Shown here in pieces: positions 56,572 to 64,000 of a stretch of 64,000 nucleotides of DNA; position 1 is the stretch's first letter; every line of letters begins with the position of its first letter. The stretch comes from an uncultured Rikenellaceae bacterium (GTDB taxonomy: Bacteria > Bacteroidota > Bacteroidia > Bacteroidales > VadinHA17). Location of the stretch: assembly GCA_964642615.1 (NCBI GenBank), contig CAZXSW010000007.1:2298-66297 (forward strand). The letters are read 5' to 3'. The translations under genes were made by a program, and so were the position numbers. A model generated the notes under the pieces. The model had not been told where the DNA came from. It saw only the letters and a program-made list of their open reading frames with translations, and ran no database searches.

Positions 56572-57018
56572 ATGGAGCCAATTTTCAAAGGAGAACTTTC
56601 AGAAAGACAGCTTGAAGAGCTTTTCAGCAGTGATGAAAAATGTCTTCAGTTTCTTGCAGAGATTAAATGGAAGGATGGTTTTGTCTGCCGGAAATGTGGG
56701 AATGATAATTACTGTGCCGGAAAAACTCCGTGGTCAAGGAGATGTACGAAGTGTAAATCAGAGGAATCGGCGTCGGCGGGGACTATATTTCACAACTGCA
56801 AATTCCCGTTGCATAAAGCATTTTACATTGCCTACAACGTTTGTAAGGGGAAGGAAGACATTTCAACCTATGAATTTGCACGGAGGTTATCGCTGAGGCA
56901 GATGACCTGCTGGAACTTCAAAACAAAAATATTCCATGCCCTTCAGGAGATGGATTCTCTTACAGAAAAAGAAAAACAGTCGATACAAAGGATCTTTTCC
57001 CAGGAGATCAGGAAATAG
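56572..57018 (+). CDS. stand-alone IS1595-type transposase N-terminal zinc-ribbon/HTH domain protein (no DDE domain)
   Basis: 148 aa. CLQFLAEIKWKDGFVCRKCGN......RRCTKCKSEESASAGTIFHNCKFPL.KAFYIAY matches the Zn_Tnp_IS1595 layout. The ORF stops where the DDE catalytic domain would begin. I saw no flanking terminal inverted repeats. Confidence 0.65.
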   Translation: MEPIFKGELSERQLEELFSSDEKCLQFLAEIKWKDGFVCRKCGNDNYCAGKTPWSRRCTKCKSEESASAGTIFHNCKFPLHKAFYIAYNVCKGKEDISTYEFARRLSLRQMTCWNFKTKIFHALQEMDSLTEKEKQSIQRIFSQEIRK

Positions 57019-57409
57019 CTTTGTTTACTATTTCAAGCGTTTCATCCGAAGCAGCTTTCATCACTTTTGCTATTGAATCGGGCTGGCCGGCTGACATTTT
57101 ACTTCCGTCAATAACTGCAATGTATGTAAGGCCGTCGTCCTTTACATAAACCGAAATACGGCATGGCATCATAACCGACATTATCCGTTCATGATTGAGT
57201 TCAAGCATCTGTCCGGAGTATTGGGGTTTGCAGATCTCAATTACCTTAACCGGTTTTACAGTTTTTCCTGATTTAAGCAGTGAAAGTTGCAGGTCGTGTG
57301 TTGCGGGTATGTTCCATGATCTTTCACCAGCTTCTTTTAAAATATTGTCAACGGTCCGGTCAAAGTCGTATCCGCTGGTCAGTTCAATAATAAAATCACC
57401 TTTACTCAT
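57008..57409 (-). CDS. DUF302 domain protein
   Basis: 133 aa. The pattern H.L...L......VKPVKVIEICKP.....L......MSVMMPCRISVY..D....IA is typical of DUF302. Its 3' end overlaps the convergent zinc-ribbon ORF by 11 nt. Confidence 0.8.
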   Translation of the reverse strand: MSKGDFIIELTSGYDFDRTVDNILKEAGERSWNIPATHDLQLSLLKSGKTVKPVKVIEICKPQYSGQMLELNHERIMSVMMPCRISVYVKDDGLTYIAVIDGSKMSAGQPDSIAKVMKAASDETLEIVNKAIS

Positions 57410-57560
57410 ATCTCATTTCTTTTAACCGGGGTTCTGGTTTATTACACTTCTTAAATTTAACCACTTTATTTTATTTAATAAGAGGATATTGGATATTATT
57501 TAAACATCCACCTCCAGCCGGGGGTTTTTCCGGCCAGGTCACTTTTGAGATCATGCCTCC

Positions 57561-57602
57561 ACAAAAAGAAAGGAACAGGAATCTTCTACAATTTCCTGTT
57601 CC
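57561..57602 (-). terminator. rho-independent terminator after the GH10 gene
   Basis: A perfect 10-bp stem GGAACAGGAA (57572-57581) / TTCCTGTTCC (57593-57602) is followed on the minus strand by TTTCTTTTTGT. Confidence 0.7.
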
Positions 57603-57655
57603 ATGAATCTGCCGGGAAATAACAATGTTTTTGGTATGCCCGGACCTTTGATTTA

Positions 57656-58759
57656 TCAGAACTTTACAACTTCCCAGAATACTTTTTTGGGTTTGGAGTT
57701 TTCATCAAACAGCAGGGGATACACTTTCATATCTCTTCTGTCGCGCCAGCTGTGCCTGTCGGTTACGTTCCAGAAGGTGATGCTGTTGACAACATCCTTT
57801 TTCTCCCTGAAAACGTTAAAGGCCATTTTGTAAAGATCAATCTGTTTCTGTTCTCTTTCGGGGGTAAAGCCAATTCCGATGGTATCGGTTCTTGAACCAT
57901 AAATCGACACGTCAAGTTCGGTGACCTGTACTTTAAGACCCAGTGAAGCAAATTTATCAATGCTTGCCCTCAGGTTTTCCTCGGTAGGGTCAGTGATGCT
58001 CCAGTGACCCTGCAGTCCCACTGCATGAACCGGTACCCCGGCGTCAATAAGCTTTTTAAGCATTGTATACATGCGGTCCCTTTTGGAAGGGTTTTCTGTA
58101 TTATAGTCATTATAAACAAGAAGGGCATCGGGATCGGCTTCATGGGCCCACTCGAACACTTTAGCCACATATTCCTCGCCTATTATTTTGTACCATTGAG
58201 TCTCCCTGAAGATTCTGGTTGTATCACGATCTTCAATAACTTCATTAAGAACGTCCCATGCATATACTTTTCCCTTGTAACGCGACACTACAGCCGTTAT
58301 GTGATCCTTAAGCCTTGCCATGGCCACTTCCTTTGAAACCTGGTTCCCTTTATCATCCTTGAACATCCAGTCAGCCGTCTGCGTGTGCCAGCATAGTGTA
58401 TGTCCTCTTACTTTCATTCCGTTTGCCATGGCAAAATCGACTATCATATCGGCATTTTCCCATGCAAAACTATCTTCAGCAGGATGAATCGGACCGGGTT
58501 TCATAACGTTTTCAGCGGTGATGCTGTTGAAATGTTTTTTTATCAGCTCGGCTTCTTCTCCCTGAAGGTTTTGAGGACTTACAGCCACCCCGATATCAAA
58601 ATAACCCTGGTAAAAGTCCTTAAGTCCTTTTGTGGAATCAATTCCTCCGGCATCTTTAAGGCCTGAACCGCTGCAGTTGGCTAGCAGGACTATCAGGGCA
58701 GCCATGGCTGACACTGAAAAAAATCTGATAATGGTTGTCATTGATGTTTTTGTCTTCAT
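57656..58759 (-). CDS. glycoside hydrolase family 10 endo-1,4-beta-xylanase
   Basis: 367 aa with a signal/lipoprotein N-terminus. The motifs are GHTLCWH.Q, WDVLNE (acid/base Glu), NDYN and VQVTELDV (nucleophile Glu). Confidence 0.9.
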   Translation of the reverse strand: MKTKTSMTTIIRFFSVSAMAALIVLLANCSGSGLKDAGGIDSTKGLKDFYQGYFDIGVAVSPQNLQGEEAELIKKHFNSITAENVMKPGPIHPAEDSFAWENADMIVDFAMANGMKVRGHTLCWHTQTADWMFKDDKGNQVSKEVAMARLKDHITAVVSRYKGKVYAWDVLNEVIEDRDTTRIFRETQWYKIIGEEYVAKVFEWAHEADPDALLVYNDYNTENPSKRDRMYTMLKKLIDAGVPVHAVGLQGHWSITDPTEENLRASIDKFASLGLKVQVTELDVSIYGSRTDTIGIGFTPEREQKQIDLYKMAFNVFREKKDVVNSITFWNVTDRHSWRDRRDMKVYPLLFDENSKPKKVFWEVVKF

Positions 58760-58889
58760 AAGTATATGTGTTAGGGGTTAATAGACAAAAGCGGCAAAAT
58801 CTTATTTCGGTTTAATGATCAGGTAATTCAAAAATAGTTAAAAAACGTTAAAAAAGACGTAATTAATATGGCTAAAAACTTAAAATAAA

Positions 58890-58952
58890 ACACTTTTACA
58901 GGAACAGGGATCCGGAACAGCTGATAATAAAGTTGAATTATCCTGTTCCGGA
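58890..58952 (-). terminator. terminator-like hairpin after the GH95 gene, with two alternative partner arms
   Basis: TCCGGAACAG (58911-58920) pairs with CTGTTCCGGA (58943-58952). Alternatively GGAACAGG (58901-58908) pairs with CCTGTTCC (58942-58949). T-rich sequence follows on the minus strand. Confidence 0.45.
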
Positions 58953-58969
58953 CCCAGTGCCATGTCAGT

Positions 58970-61423
58970 TTATGGTTTATTGCTTTTTACAACCGCAACT
59001 GTTTTCCCTTTACGGGTTGAAAGATCATATTCATATACTTTCTCAGGTGCATCCGGGGTTATAGCCGCATGGATCAGCGGGCTTTTTATTCCGGGGACCT
59101 TATAAAACATATTGGGATTTTCGCCCTTTGCTTTTTTCAGGCCTTTACCTTTTAAGGGGACGTATGACCTGATACGGCAGTTACCTCCAAGTGATGATTT
59201 GATCACAGCTTCACTTATCTCACCGTTTTCCCATTCGATATCGAGTTCAAATCCGCCTCTGGCTTTTAGTCCGCTTACACTGCCTTTCTTCCATATTCCG
59301 GGAAGGGCTGGCAGAAGATGGACGGCTCCGTCGTGGCTCTGAAGAAACATCTCTGCTATTCCAGAAGTACAACCGAAATTGCCGTCAATCTGGAACGGAG
59401 GGTGGGCGTCAAAAAGGTTGGGATAGGTGCCTCCCCTTTCCCTTCTTCCGGCCTGGATCGATGGACTAAGCTGGTCGGTAATCAGTTTATACGCATGGTC
59501 ACCGTCGAGAAGCCTTGCCCAGAGGTTCACCTTCCATCCCATGGACCATCCTGTTGATTCATCACCACGTGCCTCGAGTGAGGTCCGGGCTGCCGAGAAC
59601 AGTTCAGGGTTTCTGTAAGGCGATATCTGGTTTGAAGGATACAGGCCGTACAGGTGTGAAACATGACGGTGTTTGTCCTCGGGGTTATCCAGATCCTGCA
59701 TCCATTCCTGCAACTGACCCCAGCTACCTGTCTGCATGGGAGGGAGACGGTCAAGAGCCGTCTGAAGACGCGATACAAACTCCGTGTCAGTATCCAGGAT
59801 ACGGGCAGCATTGATTGTCTTGCTTAACAGGTCGAAGACGAGCTGGTTATCCATGGTTGTTCCGGCGCTTATTGAATAAGCCGAACGTACTGACGGAGCA
59901 TTCTCCGGAGAGTTGGATGGAGAAACGACAAGCCATTTGTTTTCGGGCTCTTCAGTAAGAAAGTCGAGAAAGAATTGCGATGCTTCCTTTACTACCGGAT
60001 AGATAGTTTTGAGATACTCCCTGTCGCCGCTGAAATCATATTTGTCGAACAGGTGCTGCGAAAGCCATGCTCCTCCCAGAGGCCATTGTCCCCAGAAAGC
60101 TCCGTCGACAGGTCCGGTAATCCTCCAAATATCCGTATTATGATGAAGAACCCAGCCGCCGGCTCCGTACATATCGCGGGCGGTCTGACGGCCTGTCTGC
60201 GACAGTTCCTGTACCATCTTTATCAGAGGTTCATTCATCTCTGTAAGGTTGGTTATCTCGGAAGGCCAGTAGTTCATCTCAGTGTTTATGTTGACAGTGT
60301 ATTTGCTGTCCCACGAAGGAGTAAGCTGATGGTTCCATAATCCCTGCAGGTTGGCCGGCTGACCTCCTGGCCTGGAAGACGATATAAGAAGATAGCGGCC
60401 AAACTGGAAATAAAGTTCAACAAGCTGGGGATCATCACCCGTGGCAAACTCATTAAGTCTTTGATCAGTAGGTTTCCTTACGGCTTCCGTTGAGCCAAGG
60501 TCAAGGCTGACCCGTCTGAAGAAACTGCGGTAATCGGCAATATGATCATTCAGAATGGCCTCATAGTCTTTCTTTGAGGCAGTGTTGAGGTAGGCAAGGG
60601 CCCTTTCAGAAGGGTCGGCGCCGATGTCTTCATAACTCCTGAAGCCTGAAGCCATCGAGATGAAGATTGTTACTTCATCTGCTCCCCTGACATCAATTAC
60701 CGAATCGGTCGCTGCAACCTGTCCGCCCTTGTTTATAAACCTAGCCCGGGCTTCAAAGCGAAGGCCGCCTTTCACTGTTTCAAAATCGCCTGTCGTTCCC
60801 GACATTATCAGTTCGTTGGTCCCGGCAGTCGATTTGTCAACCTTTGATGGTCTTTCGAGGCTGGCTGAGAAACTTACTGATCCGTGTTTGTCGGCAGAGA
60901 TGCGTACTATCACAACCTGGTCCACACCCGAGGCAAAGACGCTAGTTTTGTAAGCAACACCGTTGACGCTGTATCGCGACGACACCACAGCCCTGTCTAT
61001 ATCAAGCTCACGGTAGTAGTCTGAAAAACCGGCGTTGCCCGGGAATTCCAGTTTCAGGTTACCAACGGTCTGATAAGGCATTCCGTGGGATGTTTTGGAG
61101 ATGAACGCCTGGTTAACCAGATCCTGGGCTTCCTTGTATTTGCCCTCGAAAATAAGCCTCCTGACTTCAGGCAGGGCCTCCCTGGCAGCTGTATTGTCGT
61201 TCCTGTTGGGTTGTCCTGCCCATACAGTGTTTTCATTAAGCTGGATGACCTCGTTAACCGGATCCCCGAACACCATGGCTCCCAGGCGTCCGTTGCCTAC
61301 AGGTAACGCTTCGACCCACTGTATTGCGGGCTTGTCGTACCATAGCTTCAGCAGGTTGTTTTCCTGGGCAGTAAGACCGGTTAAAGACAGGATACTTAAT
61401 ACCAGAACAATCAATTTCTTCAT
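58970..61423 (-). CDS. glycoside hydrolase family 95 (alpha-L-fucosidase/galactosidase type)
   Basis: 817 aa with a signal peptide. [23 protein letters not shown]......IQLNE.T.W.G is the typical GH95 N-terminus. Further family-typical blocks are YT.NINT.MNYW and SPEN. Confidence 0.9.
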   Translation of the reverse strand: MKKLIVLVLSILSLTGLTAQENNLLKLWYDKPAIQWVEALPVGNGRLGAMVFGDPVNEVIQLNENTVWAGQPNRNDNTAAREALPEVRRLIFEGKYKEAQDLVNQAFISKTSHGMPYQTVGNLKLEFPGNAGFSDYYRELDIDRAVVSSRYSVNGVAYKTSVFASGVDQVVIVRISADKHGSVSFSASLERPSKVDKSTAGTNELIMSGTTGDFETVKGGLRFEARARFINKGGQVAATDSVIDVRGADEVTIFISMASGFRSYEDIGADPSERALAYLNTASKKDYEAILNDHIADYRSFFRRVSLDLGSTEAVRKPTDQRLNEFATGDDPQLVELYFQFGRYLLISSSRPGGQPANLQGLWNHQLTPSWDSKYTVNINTEMNYWPSEITNLTEMNEPLIKMVQELSQTGRQTARDMYGAGGWVLHHNTDIWRITGPVDGAFWGQWPLGGAWLSQHLFDKYDFSGDREYLKTIYPVVKEASQFFLDFLTEEPENKWLVVSPSNSPENAPSVRSAYSISAGTTMDNQLVFDLLSKTINAARILDTDTEFVSRLQTALDRLPPMQTGSWGQLQEWMQDLDNPEDKHRHVSHLYGLYPSNQISPYRNPELFSAARTSLEARGDESTGWSMGWKVNLWARLLDGDHAYKLITDQLSPSIQAGRRERGGTYPNLFDAHPPFQIDGNFGCTSGIAEMFLQSHDGAVHLLPALPGIWKKGSVSGLKARGGFELDIEWENGEISEAVIKSSLGGNCRIRSYVPLKGKGLKKAKGENPNMFYKVPGIKSPLIHAAITPDAPEKVYEYDLSTRKGKTVAVVKSNKP

Positions 61424-61455
61424 ATAAAGCAGTTTAGATATTTATTGCCATCAGC

Positions 61456-63051
61456 CTATTTAACTTTTCCCTTTATCATGGTAAGGGAGTGGGCCGGGAA
61501 CGAGTAGGTGGCAGTATTTCCTTTAGCTTTAAGCGCAGGTTTTGAAACCGTTTTTACATTTTCAGCGTCGAAATCATTGACTGTCTTGACATCCTTGCCA
61601 TTAACCTCAAAAACTTCAAGAGTACCGTCGAAGACACCCGACTGGCAGATGATATCAGTGGTTATTGGCTTATCCAGATGCCTGTTGACAACCGAAAATA
61701 CCACTTCTCCGTTCTCATAAACGGCTGATACATCGAGATAGGGGACATCGGTTTGTTTTGTCATTACTTCGCCGGGACCGATAAAGAAATCATCGGTATC
61801 ATAGGTAGGGCAGTCTACAAAGATGTCGAGCGACTTCCCGTACATGTTTTTTGCAAACAATTCGAGCGGGAAATATATAGTCTGGCGGAACATTCCCTTT
61901 TCTTCAGCGAAAATGGGAGCAATGACATTTACAAGCTGGGCCATATTGGCCATCTTTACAACATCTGCATTTCTGATGAACACATTAAGGAAACCTCCTA
62001 TAACAAGAGCATCCTCGAGGTTGTATCTTTCTTCAAGAGCCCTGGTTCCCCTTGTGGTCTCATCAGTTCTTGCCCTGTACCATACGTTATATTCATCCCA
62101 GGCTATGTAGATGGGAGGCCTGTCGCCCCTGTCGGCTTTCTGCATGACCTCATTGATCATTCCTCTTGCAATGTCTGTTCTTTGCTCCATCACCAGAGGG
62201 GTTGTCAGGAAGTTGTAGTAGTTGCCGTCGGGATTGCCCACATACATATGGAGGGCTATGTAATCGACCACATCCCTGAGGTTGGTAAGGATGGTACGGT
62301 TCCAGTGGTCAGGATCAGCAGCGGGTCTGTAGTTTGATGATCCGGCAGCAATAAGTTTGATGTCGGGAGAGGTCAGTCTCATCAGCTTTGCAGCTTCCAG
62401 GGCCTTCTTTGAATAGTCTTCAGCATTCAGGTGACCCATCTGCCATTCTCCATCCATCTCATTTCCAAGACTCCAGTATTTTATATCATAGGGCTCAGAA
62501 AAACCGTGTTTCTTTCTGAGTTCGGCAAAATACGGCCCCTCTTTCACGTTGCAGTATTCGACCCATCTCTGAGCTTCTTCGATAGTACCAGTACCCATGT
62601 TTACCGACATATAGGGTTCACTGCCAACAGCCCTGCAGTATTTTACGAATTCGTTGGTACCGAATTCATTTGTCTCAAGCCTTGCCCAGGCCAGTTCCAT
62701 CCTTGGCACCCTTTCATTCTTAGGCCCAACACCATCGAGCCAGTGATAGTTTGAGACAAAGTTACCACCTGGATAGCGGATCAGGGAGACATTGAGTCCT
62801 TTTACTGCATCCAGCACGTCCTTGCGGAAACCGTCGGCATCCGACAGAGGTGAGCCGGGTTCATAGATTCCACCATATACGCATCTTCCGAGATGTTCAA
62901 CGAAATTCCCGTAGATGTTTTTATCAACCTCCCCGATGATTCTTTCGGTGTCGAATTTTATCCTGGCATTCTGCCCTGTTACATATCCTGTAAGAGGATA
63001 GCTGAGAAAAAGGATAAGTAAAATTGAATAAATGACTTTGCGTTTTTTCAT
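61456..63051 (-). CDS. glycoside hydrolase family 51 alpha-L-arabinofuranosidase
   Basis: 531 aa with IYG.F.EHLGR.VYGGIY, IRYPGGNFVSNYHW and WSLGNEMDG (acid/base Glu). Confidence 0.9.
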   Translation of the reverse strand: MKKRKVIYSILLILFLSYPLTGYVTGQNARIKFDTERIIGEVDKNIYGNFVEHLGRCVYGGIYEPGSPLSDADGFRKDVLDAVKGLNVSLIRYPGGNFVSNYHWLDGVGPKNERVPRMELAWARLETNEFGTNEFVKYCRAVGSEPYMSVNMGTGTIEEAQRWVEYCNVKEGPYFAELRKKHGFSEPYDIKYWSLGNEMDGEWQMGHLNAEDYSKKALEAAKLMRLTSPDIKLIAAGSSNYRPAADPDHWNRTILTNLRDVVDYIALHMYVGNPDGNYYNFLTTPLVMEQRTDIARGMINEVMQKADRGDRPPIYIAWDEYNVWYRARTDETTRGTRALEERYNLEDALVIGGFLNVFIRNADVVKMANMAQLVNVIAPIFAEEKGMFRQTIYFPLELFAKNMYGKSLDIFVDCPTYDTDDFFIGPGEVMTKQTDVPYLDVSAVYENGEVVFSVVNRHLDKPITTDIICQSGVFDGTLEVFEVNGKDVKTVNDFDAENVKTVSKPALKAKGNTATYSFPAHSLTMIKGKVK

Positions 63052-63087
63052 GTTTCTTGAATTTAGGTATTTATAATTATTAATTTT

Positions 63088-64000
63088 TCAGAATAATTCC
63101 TGAAGTGAATTGGTCAGGTAGGTTCTTGCACTGATCCAGTCGTGGGCACCTTTGGCGTAATGGGTTTCCAGGATCAGGCCTTTTCCCAGAAGGAGGGAGA
63201 CGGTTCCCAGGACTTTCTCGTAGAGATAATCCTTTGACCCTATATGGACGGAGAAGTGTTTGATCTGCTCCTTAAGTTCTTCCGGGTCGGGATTCCATCC
63301 CGAAATAAATTCATCGTACATCTTATTTTCAGTTTCAGGTGCGTAAGTGCAAATATTGGCAAATATGCCGGGATTTGAAAGACCTGCAACGGCAGACAGT
63401 GCCCCACCCTTTCCAAAACCGGCAATTGCCCTGTCCGCACTTTCTGTCACTACCGGATATTCCTCTTCTACAAAGGGAATAATATCATCGATGAGTTCAT
63501 CGGTCAAGTCTTTTCCTGTACCGGACAGATAGTCGGTGTATGGCATTACTATTATTACGGGTATCGTCCTTTTCATTGCAATCAGATTGTCGGCAATAAG
63601 GTTGACCCGTCCTGTCTTTACCCATGACTCCTCATTACCGGTTTCATCATGAAGAAGATAAATTACCGGATAACGTATGTTGTTGCATATATTGAAACCA
63701 GGTGGTGTATATATTACCAGTGGCCTTATCTCACCGTCTTTTGAAGAGTGATAGTAACGGTAGTGTATATTACCATGAGGCACCCGTATCAATGATATCA
63801 TTGGTGGTGAATCTCCGGGTATCTCCACGAGGCTGTTTTTAAAACCTGTTCCCGATTCGATAAGGGTGTTGTTGGGATCACATACCCTTACCCCGTCAAC
63901 AATGAAGCTATAAGCATACAGATCGGCCCGGATGCGGCCCAGTGTTACGCTCCAGATTCCTGAACTGTCTCTTGTCATATCGACAGGTAAAGTTGTCATG
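63088..64000 (-). CDS. CE1-type esterase, N-terminus truncated by the right window edge
   Basis: It is a paralog of 47701-48864. YAYSFIVDG is the N-domain motif, and YPVIYLLHD, AGFGKGG and a C-terminal HDW are present. The track Met at 63999 aligns to the middle of the Ig-like domain of the paralog, so the true start lies beyond 64000. Confidence 0.8.
   Translation of the reverse strand, partial: MTTLPVDMTRDSSGIWSVTLGRIRADLYAYSFIVDGVRVCDPNNTLIESGTGFKNSLVEIPGDSPPMISLIRVPHGNIHYRYYHSSKDGEIRPLVIYTPPGFNICNNIRYPVIYLLHDETGNEESWVKTGRVNLIADNLIAMKRTIPVIIVMPYTDYLSGTGKDLTDELIDDIIPFVEEEYPVVTESADRAIAGFGKGGALSAVAGLSNPGIFANICTYAPETENKMYDEFISGWNPDPEELKEQIKHFSVHIGSKDYLYEKVLGTVSLLLGKGLILETHYAKGAHDWISARTYLTNSLQELF

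Noticed and set aside
56552-56896. 114-aa alternative-frame ORF overlapping the zinc-ribbon ORF
   Set aside because: The frame starting at 56572 gives the CxxC...CxxC IS1595 zinc-ribbon pattern, and the promoter box is positioned for it. The other frame is Arg/Gly-rich noise.
56572-57018. Possible insertion sequence / mobile element
   Set aside because: Only the N-terminal DNA-binding domain of an IS1595-type transposase is present. I found no DDE domain, no terminal inverted repeats and no target-site duplication. It is therefore reported as a CDS, not as a mobile element.
61753-62337. 194-aa plus-strand ORF
   Set aside because: It is antisense within the GH51 arabinofuranosidase gene and has no motifs.

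Overview
The window looks like a chromosomal segment of a Bacteroidota genome. Supporting signs are perfect TAnnTTTG -7 promoter boxes in front of many genes, almost no Shine-Dalgarno sequences, lineage-typical DUF5686/DUF5916/CarboxypepD_reg outer-membrane proteins, an ECF sigma module and many CAZymes. I count about 59 protein-coding genes, two of them cut by the window edges. By eye there is no rRNA, tRNA, CRISPR array or intact mobile element.

Gene content falls into four groups:
- Housekeeping: nadA, rpiB, hemW, a PurF-like gene, fbaA, prfC, xth and a DEAD-box helicase.
- Ion transport: a KdpD/KdpE-like two-component pair next to trkH, a Ca-type P-type ATPase and an asymmetric heterodimeric ABC exporter.
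- Envelope-stress modules: an ECF sigma operon and a wHTH-CreD cluster.
- Hemicellulose degradation: a SASA esterase plus two GH43 genes at 19.6-23.6 kb, CE1-GH51-GH95 plus GH10 at 57.7-64 kb, and scattered CE12, CE1, GH43 and esterase genes. No SusC/SusD pair is present.

The stand-out locus is 52.3-56.5 kb on the minus strand. A 34-codon Cys-containing ORF, too short for the ORF track, fills the gap between an exported CPPC thioredoxin gene and a radical SAM/SPASM maturase gene. The maturase gene overlaps by ATGA with a thioredoxin::thioredoxin-reductase fusion. Upstream are an ArsM-like methyltransferase and a DUF6132-like membrane protein. The locus is driven from a divergent control region with a palindrome and twin TATCTTTG boxes, opposite a zinc-ribbon-only IS1595-type ORF. 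I read this as a candidate undescribed RiPP-like or thiol-peptide redox system.

All protein calls rest on motifs I recognise in the translations. No database search was possible.
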